A DNA stretch of 64,000 nucleotides. It comes from Eledone cirrhosa. Its lineage: Eukaryota. Below, in pieces: positions 31,455 to 46,589 of this stretch. The stretch is from contig OZ024745.1 of assembly GCA_964016885.1 (NCBI GenBank), positions 127,968,001 to 128,032,000 of the forward strand, given 5' to 3'. The translations under genes were made by a program, and so were the position numbers. Numbering within the stretch: position 1 is the stretch's first letter; every line of letters begins with the position of its first letter. The notes under the pieces were generated by a model. That model made no database searches. It had not been told where the DNA came from and saw only the letters and a program-made list of their open reading frames with translations.

Positions 31455-34400
31455 CAGAGGTTCTCAACCTTTTTTGTCAACGGCACACATTGGAAAGCAT
31501 GAAGAAATAGCGGCACACCTTGGAACACATGAAAAAAGAGCGGCATACCTTGGAACACATGAAAAAAGAGCGGCACACCTTGGAACACATGAAAAAATAG
31601 CGGCACACCTGGCTAAATATATATGAAAAATAATTGAATTTTACAAAATAAAAACATGGCAAGTCATAGAGGGTATACAACTGTAGACACAGACAAGTCA
31701 TAGACGGTATACAACTGTAGACACAGACAAGTCATAGACGGTATACAACTGTAGACATAGACTAGTCATAGACGGTATACAACTGTAGACATAGACTAGT
31801 CATAGACGGTATACAACCGTAGACACAGCCGAGTCATAGACGGTATACAACCGTAGACACAGCCGAGTCATAGACGGTATACAACTGTAGACATAGGCTA
31901 GTCATAGACGGTATACAACTGTAGACACAGACAAGTCATAGACGGTATACAACTGTAGACACATACTAGCCATAGACGGATACAACTGTAGACATATACT
32001 AGTCATAGACGGTATACAAGTGTAGATAGAAACAAGTCATAGACGGTATACAACTGTAGACACATACTAGCCATAGACGGTATACAACTGTAGACATAGA
32101 CTAGTCATAGACGGTATACAAGTGTAGATAGAAACAAGTCATAGACGGTATACAACTGTAGACACAGACTAGTCATAGACGGTATACAACTGTAGACACA
32201 GACTAGTCATAGACGGTATACAAGTGTAGATAGAAACAAGTCATAGACGGTATACAACTGTAGACATAGACTAGTCATAGACGGTATACAAGTGTAGATA
32301 GAAACAAGTCATAGACGGTATACAACTGTAGACACAGACTAGTCATAGACGGTATACAACTGTAGACACAGACTAGTCATAGACGGTATACAACTGTAGA
32401 CATAGACTAGTCATAGACGGTATACAACTGTAGACAGAGACTAGTCATACACGGTATACACTGTAGACATAGACTAGTCATAGACGGTATACAGCTGTAG
32501 ACAGAGACTAGTCATAGACGGTATACAACCGTAGACACAGCCGAGTCATAGACGGTATACAACCGTAGACACAGCCGAGTCATAGACGGTATACAACTGT
32601 AGACACAGACAACTCATAGACGGTATACAACTGTAGACACAGACTAGTCATAGAAGGTATACAACTGTAGACATTGACTAGTCATAGACGGTATACAACT
32701 GTAGACACAGACAAGTCATAGACGGTATACAACTGTAGACACAGACAAGTCATAGACGGTATACAACTGTAGACACAGACTAGTCATAGACGGTATACAA
32801 CTGTAGACACAGACTAGTCATAGACGGTATACAACTGTAGACATAGACTAGTCATAGACGGTATACAACTGTAGACAGAGACTAGTCATACACGGTATAC
32901 ACTGTAGACATAGACTAGTCATAGACGGTATACAGCTGTAGACAGAGACTAGTCATAGACGGTATACAACCGTAGACACAGCCGAGTCATAGACGGTATA
33001 CAACCGTAGACACAGCCGAGTCATAGACGGTATACAACTGTAGACACAGACAACTCATAGACGGTATACAACTGTAGACACAGACAAGTCATAGACGGTA
33101 TACAACTGTAGACACAGACTAGTCATAGAAGGTATACAACTGTAGACATTGACTAGTCATAGACGGTATACAACTGTAGACACAGACAAGTCATAGACGG
33201 TATACAACTGTAGACACAGACAAGTCATAGACGGTATACAACTGTAGACATAGACTAGTCATAGACGGTATACAACTGTAGACATAGACTAGTCATAGAC
33301 GGTATACAACCGTAGACACAGCCGAGTCATAGACGGTATACAACCGTAGACACAGCCGAGTCATAGACGGTATACAACTGTAGACATAGACTAGTCATAG
33401 ACGGTATACAACTGTAGACACAGACTAGTCATAGACGGTATACAACTGTAGACACAGACAAGTCATAGACGGTATACAACTGTAGACAGAGACTAGTCAT
33501 ACACGGTATACAACTGTAGACACATACTAGCCATTGACGGTATACAACTGTAGACATAGACTAGTCATAGACGGTATACAAGTGTAGATAGAAACAAGTT
33601 ATAGACGGTATACAACTGTAGACAGAGACTAGTCATTGACTAGTCATAGACGGTATACAACTGTAGACATAGACTAGTCATAGACGGTATACACAACTGT
33701 AGACATAGACTAGTCATAGACGATATACAACTGTAGACATAAACTAGTCATAGACGGTATACAACTGTAGACACAGACTAATCTTAGACGGTATACAACT
33801 GTAGACAGAGACTAGTCATAGACGGTATACAACTGTAGACAGAGACTAGTCATAGACGGTATACAACTGTAGACACAGACAAGTCATAGACGGTATACAA
33901 CTGTAGACACAGACAAGTCATAGACGACATACAACCGTAGACAGAGACTAGTCATAGACGGTATACAACCGTAGACAGAGACTAGTCATTGACTAGTCAT
34001 AGACGGTATACAACTGTAGACAGAGACTAGTCATTGACTAGTCATAGACGGTATACAACTGTAGACAGAGACTAGTCACAGACGATATACAACTGTAGAC
34101 ACAGACTAGTCATAGACGGTATACAACTGTAGACACAGACAAGTCACAGACGGTATACAACTGTAGACACAGACAAGTCATAGACGGTATACAACTGTAG
34201 ACACAGACAAGTCATAGACGGTATACAACTGTAGACACAGACAAGTCATAGACGGTATACAACTGTAGACACAGACTAGTCATAGACGGTATACAACTGT
34301 AGACACAGACAAGTCATAGACGGTATACAACTGTAGACACAGACTAGTCATAGACGGTATACAACTGTAGACACAGACAAGTCATAGACGGTATACAACT

Positions 34401-35355
34401 GTAGACACAGACAAGTCATAGACGGTATACAACTGTAGACACAGACTAGTCATAGACGGTATACAACTGTAGACACAGACAAGTCATAGACGGTATACAA
34501 CTGTAGACACAGACTAGTCATAGACGGTATACAACTGTAGACACAGACTAGTCATAGAAGGTATACAACTGTAGACAGAGACTAGTCATAGACGGTATAC
34601 AACTGTAGACACAGACAAGTCATAGACGGTATACAACTGTAGACACAGACTAGTCATAGACGGTATACAACTGTAGACAGAGACTAGTCATAGACGGTAT
34701 ACAACTGTAGACACAGACAAGTCATAGACGGTATACAACTGTAGACACAGACTAGTCATAGACGGTATACAACTGTAGACATAGACTAGTCATAGACGGT
34801 ATACAACTGTAGACACAGACTAGTCATAGACGGTATACAACTGTAGACATAGACAAGTCATAGACGACTTACAACTGTGGACACAGACAAGTCATAGACG
34901 GTATACAACTGTAGACACAGACTAGTCATAGACGGTATACAACTGTAGACACAGACTAGTCACAGACGGTATACAACTGTAGACACAGACTAGTCATAGA
35001 CGGTATACAACTGTAGACACAGACAAGTCATAGACGGTATACAACTGTAGACATAGACTAGTCATAGACGGTATACAAGTGTAGATAGAAACAAGTCATA
35101 GACGGTATACAACTGTAGACAGAGACAAGTCATAGACACATAAAATGACTCAAACTAAATAAAGAAAAACACAGCTATAAACTTACTTTATTGCAGTGTT
35201 TCGAATTTCATCAGTCAAATAGCTGACTTCTTTAGTGAGAAATTTGTGCCTGGCTTTTCAAAATTTTGCAGCACACATAAGAAGATCTCGCGGCATACTG
35301 AAGAAGATTTTGCGGCACACTTAAGAAGATCTCGTGGCACACTTGAGAATCACTG
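31455..35355. mobile_element. Non-autonomous hAT (Buster/Charlie-like) element
   Basis: TIRs cagaggttctcaa / ttgagaatcactg; 8-bp TSD gctTAgaa at 31447-31454 and 35356-35363; subterminal cggcacac repeats at both ends. Confidence 0.9.
31660..35138. repeat. 34-bp minisatellite (~100 units), consensus gtcatagacggtatacaactgtagacacagac(t/a)a
   Basis: Direct inspection; no spacers. Confidence 0.97.
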
Positions 35356-35817
35356 GCTTAGAACGTGAGTGTGATATATAAGTCAAGGAAAACAAACACA
35401 CAGCTACGCTAAGATAGATAGAGTGAGAGAAAGAGAAGAGAAATTGGGGGATAATATCTGTGAAGATAGCTAAATAGACGCCATAGTTTCTGTTCCATAG
35501 AACCTCGGTGCCTAGATTTGAAATGCTCTTCGCATGAACCATCATTTTTCTTCTAGTTCTTCTGGCGTTTACGCGTTGTTAATCTAATTTGTTAATGTCA
35601 TTCTTACACTTGTTTCTATTTTTCTTTACTATCTAAATATTTCCAGATTTGCTGAGATAAAATTGAAAATAAGTCTGCATTCACTACTTATGCTAACCAG
35701 TATTGTGACATAATCTTATCTAATGCTTGAAGTAACTTTAAAGAATGAAACGTCTCTTTTCACTACATATAATATATATATATAATTATATTATTCTTTT
35801 ATTATTTTACTAGTTTC

Positions 35818-35996
35818 AGTTGAGATATCACAGCTCCGGTACTATGCACATGTGATTAGAATGACTCGGGAAAGAATTACTGGGCAGATTTTACGGGCAA
35901 AACCCAGTGGTAGACCCCGAGCAAGGTGGTTGAAGAAGAAGAAGAAGAAGAAGAAGAAGAAGAAGAAGAAGAAGAAGAAGAAGAAGAAGAAGAAGA
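35818..35996 (+). mobile_element. RTE LINE 3' fragment followed by (GAA)n
   Basis: EISQLRYYAHVIRMTRERITGQILRAKPSGRPRARWL. Confidence 0.7.
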
Positions 35997-36616
35997 CGTC
36001 AGTGAACTATGGTCATATTTGGAACAAGGTATTCAAGGATATAGTCAATAATATTAACGTACGTCTTTTTAGGTGCTCATAAGCATGGACATACATACAT
36101 ATATGGTGGCTGCCAACTCGTTTTCGAGTACGGCCACTACTTTATGTCCATGTAGGAGAACCCCTACCGATGTGCTGAACAAATGTGACTTTTTAGTCCA
36201 GCCAGCGACTTGAAAACTCTGGTACAAACACTACACTTGTGACAATTATTGACACATAGTGCTGGGCCCATGGTACCATGTGATGACAAGTGCAGAGAGA
36301 TCTCCAGATATAAAGCAATGCCTGTGCCGTGAAGCTTTTATAGTGAGCAAAGGCACTGCACAAAGCCAGTCCCACTCTCTTAACCAAGATGATATTTACC
36401 AAAAAGAAGACCAAGTCAACATCATTGGATACCATCAGGGTTGCAGGTGTTATATCAGAGTTTTCCTTCTCCTAGAATTCTGCCTTGACAAAGGCTAAGG
36501 GGTCATCTCTCCGATATATACATACAGATATACATACATATATACATACATATATACATACATACATACATACATTCATATATATATGGGTATCAGCATT
36601 TATAAAACAAATTTTG

Positions 36617-36677
36617 TATTTTATCTGATGAGAGCGTACCAAAATGTTGGTACCCTTGAAATATATATAATAAAATA
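36617..36677 (+). ncRNA. Minimal type-I hammerhead motif (family C)
   Basis: tattttat CTGATGA gagcgtacca..tggtaccctt GAA ATATATAT A ataaaata (8-bp perfect stem I). Confidence 0.75.
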
Positions 36678-36719
36678 AATATGGTTTTATAAATATAGTT
36701 TCCATTTATTAATATCATT

Positions 36720-36762
<43 letters not shown>

Positions 36763-36765
<3 letters not shown>

Positions 36766-36880
36766 AACGAGTAGGACCCCGACGGCTGAGCTCAAGCCGT
36801 TTCGACGGCTAATTCTGGACTAAAGTATTGAGTACTTTGGTGCGTTATGGTCCACCTGGTTCCTTACCACATTTCCTTCG

Positions 36881-36882
<2 letters not shown>
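36763..36882 (+). mobile_element. Family A element with inverted 5' arm and internal deletion
   Basis: Inverted segment gacccc..gtttcgacggctaattctggac joined to the sense 3' end ...ccttcgt-(TA)n. Confidence 0.8.
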
Positions 36883-36925
<43 letters not shown>

Positions 36926-37167
36926 AGTAACATCTATTAGTACATACAATGTTGTATCATTTAGATGCATAAATGAATTAGTAGACTGTTCAATATTGTA
37001 ATCAATTTTGATACAAATTCTATCTAAATATGGGTGCAGTTATACCTTGAAATACACTGGGTTACCACAATATTGTATATAACTAGATAATAAATATAAT
37101 ATACAATAAACTTGTGAAATTGTGGCAGAAATATCAGAATCAACGTAAGTCAATTTGTATTATAGAG

Positions 37168-37274
<107 letters not shown>

Positions 37275-37546
37275 ATATGCTTTCTTTTTCTTTTTTCTTT
37301 CCTCTATATCACCCTGTTTTTAATGCCTCTTGCTCCTGATTCTTTTCATGTATTTCTTGCTTTCCTCTCTTAAATATATGTTAACGTCTATTATTTTAAC
37401 TTTCCTCCCACATATGGTATCACAGGAATGTTGTTTAACAAAGTTATAACTTTTGATTTTTCTCCGAGAACGCGTTCTTGTGATTGGATGAAACGATCGT
37501 TACTAATTAAATGTTATCAAACACTCTTTGATTGTTATTTATAAAG

Positions 37547-37630
<84 letters not shown>

Positions 37631-38853
37631 ATTACAGGGCATAATCACATTAACAGAAACAAAGCGAAGACACACACGTGCGCCTACATATACAAATAAG
37701 TGTGAGTGTGTATGTGTATGTGTGTGTGAGAGAGTTTCTATGTATATATACTATATCAAATATAATGAAGTAAAAAAAATTACAAAGCACGAACAAACAA
37801 GTCATTGCAAAAATGGGCGACAATAGTTCGAAAACAAATACAGAATTCAACGCTAGTGGAAGAATATGGAGGGGCAGGTCACATGGAGGCAGACACAAAT
37901 GCGTTCTTCTTCAAGCATAGCTGTGAAAAAAGAGGGTGTATGAACGCCACAGTTGTGTCTTTTAGACAACAAGAGGAGATAATCGAATAGAGAATACAGA
38001 AAACACACAGATGGAAGAGGAAAATGTGATGGCTGGGAATAAAAATAGTATGCTAAAATTCAAAGAAAGACGACAGAATATTTTGTTGCGTTGGAATACG
38101 TGATAAATCAGATGTAATGATATGAAGGAACAATGGGAAAAACCTAGAACAATCAGGATAGCTGAGAAACGGGAAAAAACCCCCGACCACAAAAAGCAAA
38201 TGGCGTTTCTTCTGAACTCACGGTTTTCGGTAGGTAAACAGTATAGAAACAATAGCTTAGAGTCTTACTACGATGATATATCCAAATTAGGAAGGCGTCG
38301 TTCGGAAGAGATGAACTACACGAGGGACAAAATACTATGACACACAGAGGACACACAGACAGACAAGCAAGTAAGTTAGACGAATATAAAAATAGTAAAT
38401 AAATGTCAAGAATAAAATTATGGATAGGCAGGAACAAAACTGTTATGATAGCAATTTTAAATAAAATGCTGTTAGACTTACAAAACAAATTCAGACAATA
38501 TGGCGATTACAACGCAAGAGGAAATATAAGGAGAACAAATGAAAGGTAGGTGTAGGGATTACTGATTCGGATATTCGGGTCACGATCGTAATTTCACAAG
38601 CAGACTGATCCGTTGTTCAAACAACTAAAGTACTTGTTGTCGGAACTGAAGGGGATCGAATATATACGTATATATATACATACGTGTATATATATATATA
38701 TAGTGGTATTAGGTAGGTAAAAATATCAAGGTGGAGAGCAACTCAAGTCGATAGTGCAAGTATGAATATAATTATTAATGTCATACGTTTCGTTAGCTGA
38801 GGACCAACTTGTTCCACCTGTGCCGAAAAAATGAAAAGGAAAATCTTTACTTT

Positions 38854-38903
<50 letters not shown>

Positions 38904-39099
38904 TATATATATATATATATATATACAGAGAGAGAGAGGGGGGTAAGAAATAGATAGGGGGAGAGGGGAAGAGTGGGAGAAAGTGAGAAAGAGAGAGGTC
39001 GGGGAGGAGAAGAGGAGGAGGTGAAATTTGAGATGAAGCGAGACTGCAAGGAAGAGAAAACGGAGAGAATAAGAAAAAAGGATGATTTGAACGGTTAGT

Positions 39100-39209
39100 A
39101 ATAATTGTTTCTACCTTTGGCACAAGGCCAGCAATTACCCCAGTGCATTACTGGTACTTTATTTTATCGACTCCGTAAGCATGAAAGGCAAAGTTAACCT
39201 CGGCGGGAA
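39100..39209 (-). mobile_element. 5'-truncated S1 SINE
   Basis: Antisense S1 3' half. Confidence 0.85.
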
Positions 39210-39219
39210 TGTTTGACAG

Positions 39220-40098
39220 AATGCGAAAAGCTGGGAGGGGAGAGAATAGAAAGGGGCAAATAAAGGGAAAGAGGGAAGGAAATATAGAAGAAAATTGGAA
39301 AGAGATTATCTGAGAGAGAGAGAGAGAATCGTAGAGAGAGAAGTGAACGGAGAGAAAAAAACATGCGTGTAGGGAGGTGTTGAGAGAGTAACATGAGAAT
39401 GAAAGAGTGGGTTTGGGAGAGAATCCTGCAGGGAGAGATAAATCGAGATATAGAGAATGAGAGGAAGAAGAGAGAAGGGGGAAGGGGAGAATGAGAGAAA
39501 GAAGAGAGAAGGGAAAGAGGAGGAGGATAGAAAGAGAGAAAAGGAGAAAAATAAAGGTAGAAATATAAAGTGGAATAGAGGCGTAGATATATAGAAAGAG
39601 AGGAAAGGAAAGATGTAGTCGAAGTAGGGGAAAGAGAGAGAGATGGGAGGGCTTCGGTAAGAGAGGTTAAAGAGAAGTAGAAAGTTACAGATGAAAAGAG
39701 ATTGACATTAGATGAGGAACCTGGGGTGAATTAGGTGGATTAATTAAGTCTTTGGTAAACCTCAAAGATAAAGGAAGGTGTGGAGAGAGAAAGAAATTAT
39801 GGAAAATAAGGAAGAGATAGAGTGAGGAGAATGGGAATGAGAGAATGGAGAAACTGACAGAGAGTGAGGAAGAGAGAGATGGAGAGGTAGAGAGATATAT
39901 AGAGAGATGGGAGAGACGTAGTGATAGAGAGAGAGGTAGTGAGGTAGAGAGATAGAGAGAGGGGTAGGGATAGGAGAGTAAGTGACAGAGATGGAAAGAG
40001 AGGAGGAGAGAGGTAGAGATAGAGAGATAGAGGGAGAGAAGAGAGATAGAGAGAGCCGGAGAGAAAGGTAGAGAGAGACAGATAGAGAGAGAGAGAGA

Positions 40099-40171
<73 letters not shown>

Positions 40172-40236
40172 GAGGGGAGAGAAGTAGAGATATATATATA
40201 GAGAGAGAAGAGAGATAGAGAGAGCCGGAGAGAAAG

Positions 40237-40272
<36 letters not shown>

Positions 40273-40416
40273 GGAGAGAAAGGTAGAGCTAGATAAAGAG
40301 AGGGGGAAAGAGGGAGAGAAGTAGAAAAAATAGAGAGTGGGGTGAGAGGTAGAGAGAAAGAGGAGAGAGAGGTAGTGATAGAGAGAGCGGAGAACGAGAG
40401 ATTGATAGAGGAGAGG

Positions 40417-40447
<31 letters not shown>

Positions 40448-40560
40448 GAATAGTATGAGATTAATCAGAGAGTGAGAATCAGAGGGAAATACAAAAGAAG
40501 GGGAGGAACAAGTAGTGAGAGAATTGTCATAACGAAAGAGAAATAGAGAGAGGGAAAGAA
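39220..40560. repeat. Purine-rich (GA)n-derived low-complexity tract
   Basis: Direct inspection. Confidence 0.9.
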
Positions 40561-40583
40561 ATCTGAAATATTCACACATACAC

Positions 40584-41284
40584 TTGTGTGTATGTATGTG
40601 TGTGTGTGTATGTATGTGTATGCATGTGTGTATGTATGTATGTATGTGTGTGTGTATATCTGTGTGTGTGTGTATGTATGTATGTGTATGCATGTGTGTA
40701 AGTATGTATGTGTGTGTGTGTGTATATATATGTGAGTGTGTACGTATGTGTGTATGTATGTGTGTGTGTGTAAGTATGTGTGTGTGTATGTATGTGTATA
40801 TGTATGTGTGTATATGCATGTGTGTATGTGTGTATGTGTGTATGTATGCGTGTGTGTATGTATGTGTGTATGTATGTGTGTATGTATGTATGTGTCTGTA
40901 TGTATGTGTGTATGTATGTGTGTATGTATGTATGTATGTATGTATCTATGTGTGTATGTATGTATGTATGTGTGTATGTGTGTATGTATGTATGTGTGTA
41001 TGTATGTGTGTATGTGTGTATGTATGTATGTGTGTACGTATGTATGTGTGTATGTATGTATCTATGTATGTGTGTATGTGTGTGTGTATGTGTGTATGTA
41101 TGTGTGTATGTATGTGTGTACGTATGTATGTGTGTATGTATGTATGTGTGTATGTATGTGTGTGTGTATGTGTGTATGTATGTGTGTATGTATGTATGTG
41201 TGTATGTGTGTATGCATGTGTGTATGTATGTGTGTATGCGTGTGTGTATGTATGTGTATGTGTGTATGTGTGTATGTGTGTGTG
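40584..41284. repeat. (TG)/(TATG)n compound microsatellite
   Basis: Direct inspection. Confidence 0.95.
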
Positions 41285-42678
41285 ATGTGTCATCTGCACA
41301 AAATACGATGACACCAATGTGTCCCCTGAAATCTTACACTTAATGAATCTCTAATTGAAATAAAACAAGAGAAGAAATAATATTAAAAGACAAAAACAAA
41401 ATAAAAATAAAAAATAAAAATAAAAACAAAAAATAAAAACAAAAAATAAAAATAAAAACAAAAAATAAAAATAAAAACAAAAAACAACAAAATAAAATGG
41501 AAATAAAAATAAAAACAAATACAAAAACAAAATAAAAATATAAATAAAAATATAAATTAAAAAGGTAGATCCTTCATCAGGCGGGATTTTTGTTTTGTTT
41601 TCTTCTAATTTTTAGTTTTGAAATATGCAGATAATTAAATTTTATTCTGTGTGGAATTAGAATTGGTTCTGCTTACATTGGAGCTATATATGTCATATTA
41701 GTGAATATAATGGATTGGTGTCAGCAAGTTCGCATAACAGGAATGCAATTTGAGTCTTCGACACTTTCTGTTCTCTAATGATTTTTGAGATTCTTTCTCT
41801 TTCTCGTAGACTTTCTATCTCCTTCTCTATCTCTCTTAGACTTTCTCTCTCCTTCTCTCTCTTTCTCTTAGACTTTCTATCTCATTCTCTTTCTCTTTCT
41901 CTTAGACTTTCTATCCCTTTCTCTCTCTTTCTCGTAGACTTTCTATCTCATTCTCTCTCCTTTTCTCGTACACTCTCTGTCTCCCTCTTTCTTTCCCTTT
42001 CCTTCTCTTACACTCTCTGGTCTCTCTCTCTCTTTCCATCTCTTACACTATCTAGTCTTACTCTCTCTTTTTTCTCTTACACACTCTCTCTCTCCTTCTC
42101 CTCATCTGACTCTCACACACAGACACAGCCTCTCTCTCTATACGTTGTATCATCGCTTTGAGACAACGTAGAGATTCTTTTACCAACCCTCTCATTTTTC
42201 ATCTCTTTATCCTTCACGCATACACCATCACGTATGTATGGAGTGTATGTGTATGTGAGTGTATATGTGTATGTGTGTGTAAGTGTGTGTGTGAGAGATT
42301 ATGTGTGTCAATGTGTGTGTGAGTGTGTGTTTGGTAAGAAGACACAGGTTAATCTTGCAAAGTATATCTTACCTACTTGAAGGAATTATTTATTCACTTG
42401 GAATACTTGAGAAATAACAAATTTGTTAAGGTTGTGATCAGTTTCTGAGCGGAACAAATGGGCCGAATGATTGAATTGAACCTCGAATGCGCTCAAATAA
42501 AGAAAACTTCTGCCTATTTACATTACCGACACATCCATACTCACATCCACACGCACCGTCCATATATATTTTTTTTTTGCTGGACCGGCAATCGCTCTGT
42601 ATAATCAGCTCCTGATTATTACTGGAATTCTATAAGAATCCAGCTTCTATAATTTTCGGTGGAAGCAGGAGGTGCGTG

Positions 42679-42718
42679 GCTCTGACGATCACCAACCAGG
42701 GTGAAACAGACTGTTAGC
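42679..42718 (+). ncRNA. Type-I hammerhead motif (family E)
   Basis: gct CTGACGA t cac-caacca-ggg t GAA ACAGACTGT T agc; stem II has one mismatch. Confidence 0.6.
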
Positions 42719-42842
42719 TTCTCTCCCTTCTTTCGCCGAAAAGAAGTAAGTGTCATAGTCACTACTTTAAAACCGATAGCGTATGGTATTCTAAATGTTT
42801 TTAATTAAACATACGGAATATTGCAAATATACTATACATACA

Positions 42843-42910
<68 letters not shown>

Positions 42911-42911
<1 letters not shown>

Positions 42912-44397
42912 TAGCAGATTTACCCGGCGTTGCTCGGGGTTTGAAATTATGCTAAGAATATACAGCTAGGAAGTAAAAGAAGAACATTATTTGTCCCCAA
43001 CCTGTCAAAATAAGCAGAAGTCTTCAATAATTAATGCAAACGAATATTTAGTGCAATCTTTGTACACATAAAACTATGCTGATAATGAAGGAAAACACTG
43101 AACAGGATGTATTTATACAAATGATTAAAGACAATAATACACGTTGCAAATCTGTAAAAAAAAACAGGCAGTTTTGCTAAAGTACAAAAAGTTGTAATGA
43201 AAGCAGAGTTGTATACAAACAAAAAAACAATGAGAGTGGAATAAGAGAAAATCTATTCTTTGAGAGTATCCTTTACTGTGTATGGTTAAATTTTGAACTT
43301 ATAATCCAAAATATCCTGCATGACATATTCATTGGTATGTTTTGTAATGAGTAAGGTGAAGTCAAGGCAGAGCTGTAATAAGTGTTTTTGTTAACACTAA
43401 AGCACTTCAGGTTAAACGATATTCTTTGTTTTTCTTTTCGAAACAAACGCAAAGAGATTATCTCTACTGCCAACTCGTGAGCAGGCAACGTAGAATTGTA
43501 CCTGCGAAGAGCAAGGTTCATCCAAGTGAATTCCAGCGACGGACACAGTTTGACCTTGCGACTTGTTTATGGACATCGCAAAGGCAACACGAAGGGGAAA
43601 TTGGGTTCGGCGAAAGGAGAAGGGAGTATCCACGCCTGATGTAGTCAGGCTAATTTTTGTAATTTAAGTCCCATAAGGATTGTTCTAAAAATAAACAAAC
43701 CATCATCAAAATCTCGTCAAATCGAGACTGCTGCGAGATTAGGCCCTTACCGTGAAAATTAACACTTAATATAGTGAAACAAGTTAAAACAAGTGTGTTT
43801 TTAACTTTGAAAGCGCAACAAATTTTTTTTTGTATCAACATGGCTTATGAAAGTTTTAAAAATGTAAAAGTTGTAGGTCCCAATGATTTGAATGGAAAGT
43901 CCCATAACGATTGTTCTAAAAATAAACAAACCATCAAAACAACAAGTGTTTTTTTAACTTTGAAAGTGCATCAAAGAACAAACAAGAAACAAACGATAAT
44001 ATTAGTGATTTATCTTCAAATGAATCTGATGTTTATATTTCTGACATTTCGTCCGACGATGATTGTTGTTTTAAAATTGAAAACGAAGGTCTCCATATCT
44101 CACTCTCTTTATAAGGATTGTCAATAAAGTTGGTTATCTCCCTTTTTTTATAAGGATTGTCAATAAAGTTGGTTATCTCCTTACATCAATTTTGATACCG
44201 ATAATTTTGATATCGATTTTTTATTGCTCAACTTGGGTCGATTGGAAAACTTTTTGTGATGTAACCATCTTAGCGACACGTGCAACGTGCAACGTGCACA
44301 GACAATTTGGTCAAATTCGGTTGGTAATTGTAAAAGCCTTAGGTATCCAAAGTTGTACACAGACACACACACATCCTCGCTTTTATATATATAAAGA
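42911..44397 (-). mobile_element. Helitron deletion derivative (copy 2)
   Basis: 5' TC-tttatatatataaaagcg; 3' hairpin cccgagcaacgccggg + CTAG; inserted between A and T; helicase tail PFSFRRTQFPLRVAFAMSINKSQGQT..HLDEPC..QFYVACSRVG at 43412-43633. Confidence 0.93.
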
Positions 44398-44585
44398 TAG
44401 ATATATTTTTTTCAGTGTGATTTACTCTTGGTAGTAGGGTCCTACCGTAGATATAACTCAATGTGTGACATCCATAGAAAGGTTCCGTGTTCCGCTGAGT
44501 TAATTCCCTAGATCCAGACAGATATTAGGTATTAATTTAACAATGAAAATAACAACAAAGTCGTATTATTTTACATATTCATATT

Positions 44586-44775
44586 AGGGCGGTGGATTGG
44601 CAGTATCGGTAGAGGGTCGGACGCCATGCTTTCCAGCATAGTTACGTCCCTTTACGATCTGAGTTCAAATCCCGCCGAGGTTGACTTTGCCTTTCATCCT
44701 TACGGGGTCGATAAAATTAAGTACCAGTAATGCACTGGTTAATTGCTGGCCTTGTGCCTAAAGTAGAAACAATTA
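44586..44775 (+). mobile_element. S1 SINE (short subtype) with TSD
   Basis: 18-bp TSD attattttacatattcat at 44565-44582 and 44772-44789. Confidence 0.92.
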
Positions 44776-44915
44776 TTTTACATATTCATGTCATTGTTTT
44801 ACGATCGTTTCAGAGGGTTGATCATATTGACATACTGTCTGATCTATAGCAGCTATATAACTGTATACTATCAGACCTCATATATAGGTTCGATCAAACC
44901 GTCTTCTTGGGAAAC

Positions 44916-44945
<30 letters not shown>

Positions 44946-44947
<2 letters not shown>

Positions 44948-45149
44948 ACGAAGGAGGTGTGGCAAGGAACCAGATGGACCATAACGCACCAGAGTACTCA
45001 ATACTTAGGGTAGTAGAGTGGGCAATAGGAAAATGTATGACCACCACGGCAGAGCTCAAGCCGTTTCGACGGTTATTTCTGGACTAAAACGTTTAGTCCA
45101 GAAATGCGGTCGAAACGGCTTGACCTTTGCCGTCGAGGTCAAACATTTT

Positions 45150-45153
<4 letters not shown>
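44946..45153 (-). mobile_element. Family A element with fold-back
   Basis: Inversion centred on tctggactaaa-acg-tttagtccaga (~45090). Confidence 0.85.
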
Positions 45154-45224
<71 letters not shown>

Positions 45225-45226
<2 letters not shown>

Positions 45227-45545
45227 AATGACAAAAAATATTATGGTGTTATGTTTGGGGAGCGTCATATTATAATATGGGACCATCGATATTAAAACGT
45301 CATATTATAATATTGCCAGAAATAATAACAGAACACACTCACTGCTTAGTTTAGACCGATTTTCGCTTCTGCATCTTTTATATCTCCATAGTTAATTTAG
45401 CTGGCCATCAATGTTTATCATTCATTGACCAACGGTTAAAAATACAGATATAAATATATATAGCCTATCAAAGTTTTTTCATCACACAACTATGACCTCA
45501 TCAGTGGTACTATTCTGTTTCCTCCTGTTGTATTGTAATGTCTAC
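45225..45545 (-). mobile_element. Family G element with degenerate hammerhead (~45466-45509)
   Basis: Minus strand tacca CTGATGA ggtcata..tgtgat GAAA...tgata; homolog at 51780-52050. Confidence 0.6.
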
Positions 45546-45557
45546 GCCATTTATATT

Positions 45558-45588
<31 letters not shown>

Positions 45589-45756
45589 ATATATATAACC
45601 TCAGTCTCCTCTGTGTCACTTTTGATATATATATATGTATGTATGTATGTACATATATATATATTTAATAAGTGAAACAAAGGAAACGGAGGAGGCAATT
45701 TTACACAGTTATATTAGGCTCACGCTCGGTGGAAATGGAGGAGATTTCAACGTTTC

Positions 45757-45839
<83 letters not shown>

Positions 45840-45873
45840 GAGAGAGAAATATATATATATATTTTGAATATAC

Positions 45874-45951
<78 letters not shown>

Positions 45952-46371
45952 GTAAATTTTATATAACAAAATTTCTTACACAACTCTACGAAAGCAAATG
46001 CCAGTCATCTGTGGAAAAGCAATAGTAATAGTAATAACAATACATTCGACCTAATCTTTCAACTTCAACTTAGTGATGTTTTGTCGATTATCATGTGATT
46101 GTGACTCTAAGAAGTTTGAGCAGTGCCCCGTAACATATCATCTCTGTAAAATACATCCATCTGTCTTCTTTGGCACACGCTAATAACTCTTTTGATGTGT
46201 GTCTACATGGACATCCAGGTTTAGAGAGAACAGGTGTCATAACAACATAACCATACAAAAAGAAATAGAAAAAGCCTATATACATGAATATATGTATATA
46301 TATATATGTATATGTATATGTGTATGTATATACATATATATCTATATCTATCTATCTATATATATATACAT

Positions 46372-46479
<108 letters not shown>

Positions 46480-46522
46480 TAATTCAAAATATTAACAAAA
46501 TAGATATTCTTGTGATCAAGTA

Positions 46523-46589
46523 TATTTGATTATACATATTTCAGAGGTACTGAGTTAAGTTCAACAGTACGTCCTCATCAGATAAAATA
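46523..46589 (-). ncRNA. Minimal type-I hammerhead motif (family C-related)
   Basis: tattttat CTGATGA ggacgtactg..cagtacctct GAA ATATGTAT A atcaaata. Confidence 0.65.

Noticed and set aside
31660-35138. CRISPR-like 34-bp periodic array
   Set aside because: Head-to-tail units without unique spacers, no cas genes, eukaryotic context; it lies inside a hAT element
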